A program made the translations under genes and the position numbers. This document shows positions 9,706-18,824 of a stretch of DNA of 64,000 nucleotides, one piece after another (position 1 is the first letter of the stretch; each line of letters begins with the position of its first letter). The stretch is taken from the NCBI GenBank assembly GCA_029573725.1, contig JAKQDQ010000178.1, forward strand, positions 337,174 to 401,173, written 5' to 3'. Origin of the DNA: Verrucomicrobiota bacterium (lineage in GTDB: Bacteria > Verrucomicrobiota > Verrucomicrobiia > Limisphaerales > JADLHS01). The notes under the pieces were generated by a model, which had not been told where the DNA came from, searched no databases, and worked only from the letters and a program-made list of their open reading frames with translations.

Positions 9706-11112
9706 TTATCGCGCCGGGATGTCCACGGATCCGGTCAGCCACCGCACCTGACCATTGGCATAACGCGTCGCGACGTTGACGAGCAGGCGGAACGGATCCC
9801 CGCTGGTCTTGTTGCCCAAGACATTGCTGAGATTGACCACATCGGTGACCGGAACGTTATCCACCGCGCTGACAATCATGCCCGCCTCCAATTGCGCCCG
9901 GGCCGCGGGGCCGTCCTTCTCCACGCTGGTTACGGGCAATCCCGTCGGGGTGGATGACGGATTCTGGCCGGCAACCCGCGACAAGGAGTCAACCGTCAAC
10001 CCGAGGCGCTTGTTGAACAAGGCCCGGTTCACTTCCTCCAGCGGCACCATTTGCACGACCTCCTGGCGCTGGCGGCCGTTATCCAGGACCACCAACCGTG
10101 CCTTGTGATTGGGACTGGCGGCCATGAGCTGGCAAAACCGGGCGAGGCTGCTGACCGCCTGGCCGTTGACTTCAATCACCTGCTGCCCCTCGCGCAAGCC
10201 GGCATCGTGCGCCGGGCTGTGGGATTGAACGTAGCGGATTTCCAGCGGCTGGGGCGAGCCGCGGAAGCGCGCGCCCAGCCACAGTTTGGCGGAGTACTCC
10301 AAACTGAAAAAATCCGACAGCGCGCTGGAAATCTGCTTGACCGGAATGGCGAACCCGGTGCCTTTGCCCTCCTCCTGGTTGTAAACCGCCACGTTGATCC
10401 CGATAAGCTCGCCGCGGATGTTGACCAGGGGACCGCCGCTGTTGCCCGGGTTGATGTCGGCGTCAGTTTGCAACCAGTCCGGGTAATCCAGGCGTTTGCC
10501 TCCGGCATCCAGACGTCGGTTCTTGGAGCTTAAGATGCCCCGGGAGACCGAACCGCCCAGCCCAAACGGATTGCCGATCGCGATGACGGTCTCCCCCAAC
10601 AGCAGATCATCATCCGCCGCCAGGGTGATGGGATGAAACGGCGGTTCACCCGCCCGGCGGACAATTTTCAACAGGGCCAGATCCTTCTGGGTTTGGTAGA
10701 GCAGCTTCTCCGCTTCATACTCGCGACCATCCCACAGCTGCACCTGCACCCGCTCGGCTTGTTGCAGGACATGAAAGTTCGTCAAAATGTAACCTTCCTC
10801 ATCGGTCGCCTCCACAATCACGCCCGAACCGATGTTGACCTGTTCCTCGGCCGGACCGCTGCCGGCCAGATTCCAGCCGAAAAAGCGCCGGTAAAATTCC
10901 TCCTCGGGCGTGTTGCGCCGGACCAGTTTGGAGGTGCGAATGTTCACCACGCTGGGGGTCACGCGCTCAATCGCCGCCACCGTGGCGTTTCGGCGAATGT
11001 CCGTGTCGCGGAGCGGCGCCTGCGCCCCGCTGAAACTGGCAAGGCAGGCGAGGATCAGTGCCCCGGTTCCGGCCCGGCGAAAATCGGCGGTTTTTTGTAG
11101 TCGCATCTTCAT
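9706..11112 (-). CDS. HtrA/DegP-family periplasmic serine protease with PDZ domains
   Basis: Signal peptide, catalytic His (TNFHVL), Asp (DLALLKI) and Ser (GNSGGPL), with two PDZ-like C-terminal segments. Lies 51 nt upstream of the ABC ATPase on the same strand. Confidence 0.85.
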   Translation of the reverse strand: MKMRLQKTADFRRAGTGALILACLASFSGAQAPLRDTDIRRNATVAAIERVTPSVVNIRTSKLVRRNTPEEEFYRRFFGWNLAGSGPAEEQVNIGSGVIVEATDEEGYILTNFHVLQQAERVQVQLWDGREYEAEKLLYQTQKDLALLKIVRRAGEPPFHPITLAADDDLLLGETVIAIGNPFGLGGSVSRGILSSKNRRLDAGGKRLDYPDWLQTDADINPGNSGGPLVNIRGELIGINVAVYNQEEGKGTGFAIPVKQISSALSDFFSLEYSAKLWLGARFRGSPQPLEIRYVQSHSPAHDAGLREGQQVIEVNGQAVSSLARFCQLMAASPNHKARLVVLDNGRQRQEVVQMVPLEEVNRALFNKRLGLTVDSLSRVAGQNPSSTPTGLPVTSVEKDGPAARAQLEAGMIVSAVDNVPVTDVVNLSNVLGNKTSGDPFRLLVNVATRYANGQVRWLTGSVDIPAR

Positions 11113-11161
11113 CTTAACGAGACAGTTGCAATGTTGATCCGTTCATCGCGCTGCGTCTGGA

Positions 11162-12664
11162 ATGAAGCCAGCGCTTGACTTTGCGGGAGGCTCGACGCAA
11201 AAGCAATTCCAAGTGCACCCCATTCCCGTCAACGATTACACGCGCTGGCGCACCCAACACGGGTTGCCCGCCATGCTCTGCGAAGCGGCATCCGGTCCGT
11301 CGGAAAAACTGCTCCAAGCGATCTGGCTGCATCAGCGTTTGCAACGAGACAACCTCCGCACGTTGGACGATCGACCCGTGCGCGTGCTTCATCCGGGTTT
11401 TATCAGCGTGGAAGGCGGTCCGGATTTTCGCGGCGCCGTGCTCCAGTTCGCCGCAGCTCCACCGGTGTCGGGAGACGTGGAAATCGACGTTGCCGATGCC
11501 GGCTGGCGTGGTCACGGTCACGCGCGCAATCCGGCCTTCAAGAACGTCATCTTGCACGTGGTTTGGGAGGGGCGCGCCAATTCCACCGCCCTGCCCACGC
11601 TGGCGTTGTGCAATGTGCTGGATGCCCCGTTGACGGAACTTGTCTCACAGTTGGAATTGGAGTCGCTGCGCACCCTGCCGAAGGATTGGGTCGGGCGCTG
11701 TCGCGCACCGTTGCGGCATCTGGCGCCGGATGCGCTGGCCGATCTGCTCCGAACGGCGGCCCAGGTGCGGTTGCACAACAAGGCGGCGCTCCTGGAAGCC
11801 CGCGCCCGCCGGGTCGGCTGGGAGCAGACCTGGTGGGAGGGGCTCTTTCGCGCGCTTGGTTACAAGCATAATCGTTGGCCGATGCAGCACCTCGCGGAGG
11901 TTCGCCACATTTGGCGTCCCGGCGTCACCGCGCCTTTTGCCGCGCAAATCAGGCTGTTCGGTCTCAGCGGATTATTGCCGGTCGAACTGCGACGCAACCG
12001 CCCGGCGACGGATGCGTATCTGCGGCGGATTTGGGATGTCTGGTGGCGTGAGCGGGAGATCTTTGCTGCGCATGTTCTGCCACGCGCCGCCTGGCGGTTG
12101 CACGGCATCCGCCCGGCCAATCAACCATTGCGGCGGCTGGCGCTGGCCGCGCATTGGAGCCAGCAACGCGATTTGATCGCACAAGTGGAGGCTTGGAGTC
12201 TGAGCTCCGGCACGGCGGCACGCCTGGCCGCCACGCTGACGAAAATTTTCCGGGTGCCCACCGATCCCTTTTGGTCGTGGCATTGGACGCTTCACGGCGC
12301 ACGTTTGCAGCGGCCGCAACCTTTGATTGGGGAGCAGCGCGTCACGGATCTGGCCATCAATACGGTGTTGCCCTGGCTCCTCGCGCGCGCCCGGGCCGGC
12401 GGGAACAACGCGTTGGCCGAAGAGATTGTGCGGCGCTATCAGGCATGGCCGGCTGCTGAAGACAACGCCGTTTTGCGCCTGGCACGACAGAGATTGCTGG
12501 GAGGTTCGCTGCGCGGCGGGGCGGAGCTGAAATCCGCCAGCGCGCAACAGGGCTTATTGCAGATCGTCCGGGATTTTTGCGATCACAGCAACGCGCTGTG
12601 TGAAGCGTGCCGTTTTCCCGAGCTGGCGGCGGGCTGGCGGCGGCGTCCGGAGTCGGAGTGTTAG
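11162..12664 (+). CDS. DUF2851 family protein
   Basis: 500 aa. N-terminal region (LLQAIWLHQRL...VRVLHPGF...GGPDFRGAVL...GDVEIDV...GWRGHGH) matches my recollection of the DUF2851 signature. Confidence 0.55.
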   Translation: MKPALDFAGGSTQKQFQVHPIPVNDYTRWRTQHGLPAMLCEAASGPSEKLLQAIWLHQRLQRDNLRTLDDRPVRVLHPGFISVEGGPDFRGAVLQFAAAPPVSGDVEIDVADAGWRGHGHARNPAFKNVILHVVWEGRANSTALPTLALCNVLDAPLTELVSQLELESLRTLPKDWVGRCRAPLRHLAPDALADLLRTAAQVRLHNKAALLEARARRVGWEQTWWEGLFRALGYKHNRWPMQHLAEVRHIWRPGVTAPFAAQIRLFGLSGLLPVELRRNRPATDAYLRRIWDVWWREREIFAAHVLPRAAWRLHGIRPANQPLRRLALAAHWSQQRDLIAQVEAWSLSSGTAARLAATLTKIFRVPTDPFWSWHWTLHGARLQRPQPLIGEQRVTDLAINTVLPWLLARARAGGNNALAEEIVRRYQAWPAAEDNAVLRLARQRLLGGSLRGGAELKSASAQQGLLQIVRDFCDHSNALCEACRFPELAAGWRRRPESEC

Positions 12665-12684
12665 CCGGCCGCCCTGCCGGCCGG

Positions 12685-13407
12685 TCATGCCTTCAATTCG
12701 GAGAACGGGTTGTTGATGAAGGAGTCCCGCTTCTCCGCCGCAGGGTTTTCGCCGCGTTTGACTTGAACCGGATTCGGGTTCGCCGGTGTGGGGGTGGTGG
12801 GTTGAACAGGAGCGGGGGCGGCGGGGCCCGACGCAGCGAGGCGCGGGTTTTTGGCCCGTTTGCTCCGGGGCAGCGGACTCATCATGACGTTGATGCCGCG
12901 CCCGACCAGTTTTGGGGGAAAATCGGGATGCCCGTACGGGGCCAGTTTTTCGATGAATTTGGTCACCACCTCGAACCCAAATTCCGTGTGCTGCATTTCG
13001 CGGCCCCGAAAACGCAGGGTCACCTTGACCTTCATTTCCTCGCATAGGAAATCCGTTGCATGTCCGGCTTTCACCGAGAAATCGTGAGCGTCAATCCGCG
13101 GGCTGAGTTGAATTTCCTTAACGACCGAGGCGTTTTGATTTTTCTTGGACTCCTTGTCCTTTTTTGCCTGTTCGTAACGGAACTTTCCAAAGTCCACGAT
13201 CCGACAAACTGGCGGGGTCGCCGTGGCGGCAATTTCCACCAGATCCAAGCCTGCCTGGCGGGCGAGGCTCAGGGCGTCATTCAAAGACATCACCCCGAGT
13301 TGTTTGCCCTCGGAGCCAATGACCCGGACTTCACGCGCACGGATTTTTCCGTTGATCCTAATGAACGAGCCGGGGGAATGATGACGTGAGTGATAAGGGT
13401 GGCTCAA
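12685..13407 (-). CDS. infC: translation initiation factor IF-3
   Basis: RINGKIRAREVRVIG...DLVEIAATATPPVCRIVDFGKFRYE...VKEIQLSPRIDAHDF...KVTLRFRGREMQH. The start codon is TTG (13407-13405), preceded by GAGG 5 nt upstream. There is no in-frame ATG before residue ~40. Confidence 0.9.
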   Translation of the reverse strand: MSHPYHSRHHSPGSFIRINGKIRAREVRVIGSEGKQLGVMSLNDALSLARQAGLDLVEIAATATPPVCRIVDFGKFRYEQAKKDKESKKNQNASVVKEIQLSPRIDAHDFSVKAGHATDFLCEEMKVKVTLRFRGREMQHTEFGFEVVTKFIEKLAPYGHPDFPPKLVGRGINVMMSPLPRSKRAKNPRLAASGPAAPAPVQPTTPTPANPNPVQVKRGENPAAEKRDSFINNPFSELKA

Positions 13408-13780
13408 AACACCCTCGTCGGTTGAGAGATCATTGTATCGTTCAACATCAAACCATGCCGGACACTCCCGGCCACGAATGGGGGCCAGTTAAGCAATTCC
13501 ATTTGGCCGTGCAAGCAAAATCACGCGATTTTTCGCTAAACTTTCCGTCCATCCGCCCGATTCGTAGCAAGGGTGCTGCCAAGACCTGGGCGAGTTGATC
13601 CAGTTCCCCCTTCGGATCACCGGAGGAGCCTGGTTCGGCACCGCACCGCTCCGGACCGGTCGCGCGCGCCAGTTCCGTGACGTGGTGCCAAATTCCAGCA
13701 CAATCCGCCCGCCTTTCTGTTCCGCAAGCCCGGAGAAGAAACTCGACAAACACTGAAATATCTATATCGCCATATCCAGC

Positions 13781-14695
13781 GTGCAACCGGGTCGTTCAAT
13801 CATTGTAGGCTGGCTGCTGCTTTGTGGGTTGGCCCCGGCAATGGCAGGTCTCGCCCGAGCGCCTGAGGCCAAATTACGGGCGACTCTGGAGGCGCAAGGG
13901 TACGTGTCCATCGCCTTGCGCCGAACCGGGCAGCATCACTGGTTTCTCTTCGGACAAGTGGCGGGGCGGCGGCGCAGTTGCCTGATTGATACTGGATGGA
14001 CCTATACCTCGGTCTCTCCCGTCGTTGCCCAACACTTGTCTTCCACCAACCGCATCGAGCGGCTCAAGCTTGGCAAATTGCAGCTGGACAACATTCCGAT
14101 TCGTGTCGTGGAACTCCAAGTAAACGGCCAGCCCACCGGATACGACGTTGTTCTCGGTTGCGACCTGTTGCTGGCCCATCAGGCGCTGATCGACTTCGGC
14201 AGGGCCCGGCTCTACCTGCGTCCCAACCCTGCGACTGGAATTTCGCGCGATGCCTTGGCGGCTGGGTTGGCGGCCACGGGACGGAAAGCCGTTTCGCTGC
14301 AATTGCTAAATCCGCCCGTGTTGGCCGTGCCGGCGACCGTGCATGGAGTCGGTACGCAGCTTCTCGTTGATTCCGGCGCCATGTGGAGTTGTCTGGATGC
14401 TGAATTTGCCCGGCGGGCAACGTTGTCCACCGCCGCCTCCGTGCAGCGGCTTTCCGGGCCGGGCGCGAACGGACAGCGGAATTTTGCCGTTGCAGATCTG
14501 GCCGCCTGGTCCTTGGGAAGCATACCGCTCGCGGGACGATCCGTGGCCGTGCTGGACTTGGCAGACTGGGGGCTTGGCCCCCGGGCCACCCTCTTTCCGC
14601 GGGTCGAGGGCATCTTGGGCGGAGCCGAATTATTGACCACCCGGGCATGGTTGGACTGCGGGCAATTAAAGCTGTGGCTGGTGTCGCCGCACTAA
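13781..14695 (+). CDS. secreted tandem retropepsin-like aspartic protease (two Asp_protease-type domains)
   Basis: GTG start and signal peptide IIVGWLLLCGLAPAMAG. Two D(T/S)G motifs in similar contexts (SCLIDTGWTYTSV and QLLVDSGAMWSCL), each followed by a hydrophobic LG(C/G) flap-like segment. Confidence 0.6.
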   Translation: MQPGRSIIVGWLLLCGLAPAMAGLARAPEAKLRATLEAQGYVSIALRRTGQHHWFLFGQVAGRRRSCLIDTGWTYTSVSPVVAQHLSSTNRIERLKLGKLQLDNIPIRVVELQVNGQPTGYDVVLGCDLLLAHQALIDFGRARLYLRPNPATGISRDALAAGLAATGRKAVSLQLLNPPVLAVPATVHGVGTQLLVDSGAMWSCLDAEFARRATLSTAASVQRLSGPGANGQRNFAVADLAAWSLGSIPLAGRSVAVLDLADWGLGPRATLFPRVEGILGGAELLTTRAWLDCGQLKLWLVSPH

Positions 14696-15029
14696 TCCGG
14701 CTTTCGCCCTGAAATTCTTTCCGGGGGTCTGGATGTGGAGCCGCCGCATCCCGACCGGCTGCGCGGATTGGCCGCCTCCATCCGGTGGGCGAAGCTCCTG
14801 GCCGAACCGCCCAACGCAGCCTGCAAACCTCGACCTGCGAAACCGGCACAACCGGCAGGCTGGACTTCGGATGGCCGGCGAGTCCGATTCAATACGGAGG
14901 CGGGCGGATCGAGCCGGCTGCATTTTTCCGCGTCAGTACGGCGGATGCTCAGGTAAAAAATCCGGGGCTGGGGCGTGATCACCCGGTAACCTGGCCCTAA
15001 ATTTGCGGAAAATTTATTTATAAATTCAG

Positions 15030-15057
15030 TTGACAGACAGGTACTTACTTTTAGACT
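15030..15057 (+). promoter_or_regulatory. candidate sigma70-like promoter for the FecR-like/CHASE2 cyclase genes
   Basis: TTGACA (15030-15035), 16-nt spacer, TAGACT (15052-15057), in the only markedly AT-rich stretch of a 400-bp intergenic region, ~40 nt upstream of the ATG at 15097. Confidence 0.3.
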
Positions 15058-15096
15058 TTGAACGAAATGGCCGTCTGGTAACCAGAAAATCATTAT

Positions 15097-15924
15097 ATGA
15101 AAACGATCAACAAATCTCTCGTTTGGCTGGCCGCAACCGTATTATCACTGACGTTGATTTCCGGCAGTCAAGCAGACTCCGTCAAACAACGTACCGGCAA
15201 GGTGGTTCGCATCAAAGGATTAGCGCGCTACTCCACCGGCAACAAAGTTTGGCAGCCATTGAAAGTCGGGGCGATTTTGCGCTCGGGAACAGTGGTGCAA
15301 ACCAGCACTGATTCATATGTGGACATCGTGTTAAGCCAGGAAGAAACCGCTTCGGCGGTCGTGGTACAACCCATGGCAGTTTCCAGCACGAGCTCATCTT
15401 CCAGTGGCGGCGGCGGACTGTTGCCGGCCCCGGATCAGGATGTCGTTCGGGTGTTGGATGACAGCTATCTGGTATTTGATTCACTCTCCGCCACGGACAC
15501 CGGCGCCGACACCGTCACGGAAACCTTGTTGGATCTGAAGCGCGGCTCCATTTTTGGCACCGTAAAGAAGCAGGCGGCGGCCTCGCGGTACGAAGTCAAA
15601 ATCCCGAACGGGGTGGCAGGCATTCGCGGCACCATCTACATGATCAGTGCCAATGGCAACATCGCCTGCCTGCAGGGCACCGTCGTGGCGGCACACGCTG
15701 ACGCCAATGGCAATGTGGTCACCAAACCCGTCGGGGCGGGCCAGCAGTACAACATTGCCTCGGGCGTGTTGAGCTTCATCTCGACGGCTCTGAACAACAC
15801 GCTGCTGGTCATCGCGCAGCAATGTAATTACACCTCGGGTGGAGGCGGCGGCCTGCCCGGCGGCTGGGGCGGGCACGGCCACCATGATCACGGTCCGGAC
15901 TTGGTTTCTCCGACCCGACCCTGA
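15097..15924 (+). CDS. secreted FecR-domain protein
   Basis: Signal peptide; GKVVRIKGLARYSTGNKVWQPLKVGAILRSGTVVQTSTDSYVDIVL and IPNGVAGIRGTIYMIS fit the FecR-domain pattern. Gly/His-rich C-terminal tail. Confidence 0.6.
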   Translation: MKTINKSLVWLAATVLSLTLISGSQADSVKQRTGKVVRIKGLARYSTGNKVWQPLKVGAILRSGTVVQTSTDSYVDIVLSQEETASAVVVQPMAVSSTSSSSSGGGGLLPAPDQDVVRVLDDSYLVFDSLSATDTGADTVTETLLDLKRGSIFGTVKKQAAASRYEVKIPNGVAGIRGTIYMISANGNIACLQGTVVAAHADANGNVVTKPVGAGQQYNIASGVLSFISTALNNTLLVIAQQCNYTSGGGGGLPGGWGGHGHHDHGPDLVSPTRP

Positions 15925-16012
15925 GTCGAATCATCCAATCTCGTCACGATTGGAAGGCTTTACAAACCAGAGCAGCGTGAGGTTGCTCTGGTTTTTTCTT
16001 TTTACCCGCTGA

Positions 16013-18268
16013 GTGAAATCCTCCTGGTCCAAATCAATCCCCCTGGTCATTGCGGGAGTCCTCCTTCTCCTGACCAGCCTGCTGGCGTGCATTTCCGTGG
16101 ATTTTTTTGAGCGGCAGGAGCGCATGACATACGATTGGCGCGTCCGGCTGGCTCTGCATTTTTCCGCGCCGGTGTATCCCGGCCTGGGCTTCGCCCAAAT
16201 TGATGATGAAACCATCGCCACGGTAAAAAATGGATCGCTCGGGTATGGGTTTGGACTCTATTGGCCGCGGCAGGTTTACGGCCGGCTCATCAACGAACTG
16301 CAGCAGCAAGGTGCGGAAGTTGTCGCTCTGGACGTGTTGTTCGGCGAACTGCGCGAGGACCACAAGGGCGTGCGCCTGGTGGATGGCAGTTATATGGATT
16401 CCGACGCCTACTTTGCCGCGGAAATGCGCCGCGCGGGCAACGTGTTGCTGGCGGTGACCACGAACCTGACCCCGCCCGAGTTGTTTACCAGCGCCGCCGC
16501 CGGGCTGGGGGACATCTCGACCGACCGGGATTCGGACGGGATCCTCCGGCGGGCGCGGGCTTTTACCTGGCATCGGGTCTGGCACCCCCTGCTGCGGGCG
16601 CTGGAAACCAAACCCGGAGCTCACGCCAATCTGCGCCACGCCCGCATTGAGTCACTGGCCGGACAGCGAAAACTCCTTGTCCCCTTGGAAAATGCGAGCG
16701 GGGAGGTGGTGGAAATCCCGCTCGACGATCAGAATAATTTTACCATCACCCCGTCTGCGGATGCACCTGACCAGGGCCGCCAACAAGCCCCCGCGTTTAC
16801 AATGGAACGTATCTGGCACATGGGAATTTGCCTGGCGGCGTGGCACCTCAAACTCGACCTGACCAACGCCGTGGTGGATTTGGAACACGGACGCATCACC
16901 CTGAACGGTCCCGACCGGATGCAACGCACAATTCCCGTGGACCGGGAAGGATATTTTTACGTGGATTGGGTCCTGCGTCCGGACGATCCCCGGCTCACCT
17001 CGGAACCCGTTCACAAATTGCTGCGGGAACAACGGGCGCGGGCCCTGGGTGCACCCGTGGATCCTCCCGTGCGTTGGCGGGACAAGTTGGTGGTGGTCGG
17101 CTCCAGTGCCTTGGGCAATGACTTGACCGACTTGGGAGCCACGCCGCTGGACAAAAGCACCTTGCTGGTCAGCAAGCATTGGAATGTCGCCAACTCCGTC
17201 ATCACCGGACGTTTCATTCGAACCGCATCCGCCCCACAAAAGGTGGGGCTGATTATTTTGTTGGGCGGCTTGACAACCTTTGTTACCACCAAATTTCGCA
17301 TTGGCCGGGGATTGATCGCTGTACTGGCCCTGGCCGTGACTTATGTGCTTGTTTCGCTGGCGCTGTTTGTCCAGGCACGGATCTGGTTGCCGCTTTTTCT
17401 GCCCCTGGTTGGAGCGGTGGCGGTCAATTACGGCCTGCAAATTGCCTACCGGGCCTTGTTTGAGCAGCGCGAGCAACGCCGTGTGAAGGGGATTTTTTCC
17501 AAGGTGGTTTCACCCAATGTCACCAAGGAGCTGTTGGGCCGGAAAAGCTTGTCCTTGAGCGGAGAACGGGTGGCGGTGACCGTGTTGTTCGCAGATGTCC
17601 GCGGTTTTACCGAGCTCACCGACACGCGTGAGGCGGCGGCCGCGGATTATATCCAGCGCCATCACCTCGAGGACGAGCAGGCAGATTCCCTGCACAACGA
17701 ATCGGCCCGGGAAATTTTGCACACGGTCAATTCTTATCTGGCGATTGTGGCGGACATCGTGAAAAAGCACGACGGGACACTGGATAAATACATCGGCGAT
17801 TGTGTCATGGCGTTCTGGGGTGCGCCGACAGCACAGCCGGATCATGCGACGATCTGTGTCCGGGCGGCGATTGAGGCGCAACGCGCCATCCAAACATTTA
17901 ACGCCAGCCGTCAGGAGGAAAACCGCCAGATTGAAACGGCCAATGCTGCGCGGGTGGCGGACGGACTGCCGCCCCGGCCTTTCCTGCCGGTTTTGACCTT
18001 GGGCACGGGAATCAACACCGGAATGGTCACCGTCGGGTTGATGGGCTCGAACGCGCATATTCTAAACTACACGATTTTCGGCCGGGAAGTTAATCTGGCC
18101 AGCCGGCTGGAAAGCGTCTCCGGCCATGGCCGGATTGTGATTGGCGAGGGCACGTACCAGGCACTGCTCCAGAAAGAGCCGGAGCTGGCCGCTGCCTGTA
18201 TCGAATTGGAACCCGCGCGCTTGAAGGGCTTCCAAAAGCCCGTGAGGAATTTCGAGGTGCGGTGGTAA
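16013..18268 (+). CDS. CHASE2 sensor domain-containing class III adenylate/guanylate cyclase
   Basis: GTG start. N-terminal TM, a large extracytoplasmic domain and three TM helices, then the cyclase core (VTVLFADVRGFTELTD, LDKYIGDCVMAFWGAP, YTIFGREVNLASRLES). Confidence 0.85.
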   Translation: MKSSWSKSIPLVIAGVLLLLTSLLACISVDFFERQERMTYDWRVRLALHFSAPVYPGLGFAQIDDETIATVKNGSLGYGFGLYWPRQVYGRLINELQQQGAEVVALDVLFGELREDHKGVRLVDGSYMDSDAYFAAEMRRAGNVLLAVTTNLTPPELFTSAAAGLGDISTDRDSDGILRRARAFTWHRVWHPLLRALETKPGAHANLRHARIESLAGQRKLLVPLENASGEVVEIPLDDQNNFTITPSADAPDQGRQQAPAFTMERIWHMGICLAAWHLKLDLTNAVVDLEHGRITLNGPDRMQRTIPVDREGYFYVDWVLRPDDPRLTSEPVHKLLREQRARALGAPVDPPVRWRDKLVVVGSSALGNDLTDLGATPLDKSTLLVSKHWNVANSVITGRFIRTASAPQKVGLIILLGGLTTFVTTKFRIGRGLIAVLALAVTYVLVSLALFVQARIWLPLFLPLVGAVAVNYGLQIAYRALFEQREQRRVKGIFSKVVSPNVTKELLGRKSLSLSGERVAVTVLFADVRGFTELTDTREAAAADYIQRHHLEDEQADSLHNESAREILHTVNSYLAIVADIVKKHDGTLDKYIGDCVMAFWGAPTAQPDHATICVRAAIEAQRAIQTFNASRQEENRQIETANAARVADGLPPRPFLPVLTLGTGINTGMVTVGLMGSNAHILNYTIFGREVNLASRLESVSGHGRIVIGEGTYQALLQKEPELAAACIELEPARLKGFQKPVRNFEVRW

Positions 18269-18329
18269 CCATCCCGTTGGTGCCGTTTTCTTCCTCGTCA
18301 AACCCTGATTCCTGCTTCAACCTGCCCAC

Positions 18330-18821
18330 ATGCGGACCGCGATTTATCCCGGCAGTTTTGATCCTTTTACCAACGGGCACCTGGATGTGGTCCAACGGGC
18401 GGCCCGGTTGTTCGATCGTGTCATCGTCGCCGTGGCCCAGAATGAGGACAAAGCGCCGCTGTTCACCCTGGAGGAGCGGCAGGCCTTCATCAAACAATCG
18501 GTGGCGGACCTCGCGCATGTCACCACCGATGTGTTGGACGGATTGTTGGTCAATTACGTGCAAAAGCAGGCGGCTCAAGCTGTGGTGCGCGGATTACGGG
18601 CCGTGTCCGACTTCGAGTTCGAATTCCAAATGGCCCTCATGAATCGCAAGTTGAACGATCATTTCGAGACCATCTTCATGATGCCCAAGGGGGCGTACAC
18701 CTTCCTCAGCTCCCGGCTGGTGAAGGAAATTGCCCGCCTGGGCGGCGACGTGAGCGCGTTTGTGCCCGAGCACATTCAGGCCGCATTGCTGGCTAAGTTT
18801 GGCAAAGCCGCAACCCGCTAA
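18330..18821 (+). CDS. coaD: phosphopantetheine adenylyltransferase
   Basis: YPGSFDPFTNGHLDVV, RGLRAVSDFEFEFQMALMNRKL, SSRLVKEIARLGGDVS. Confidence 0.95.
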   Translation: MRTAIYPGSFDPFTNGHLDVVQRAARLFDRVIVAVAQNEDKAPLFTLEERQAFIKQSVADLAHVTTDVLDGLLVNYVQKQAAQAVVRGLRAVSDFEFEFQMALMNRKLNDHFETIFMMPKGAYTFLSSRLVKEIARLGGDVSAFVPEHIQAALLAKFGKAATR

Positions 18822-18824
18822 CCC

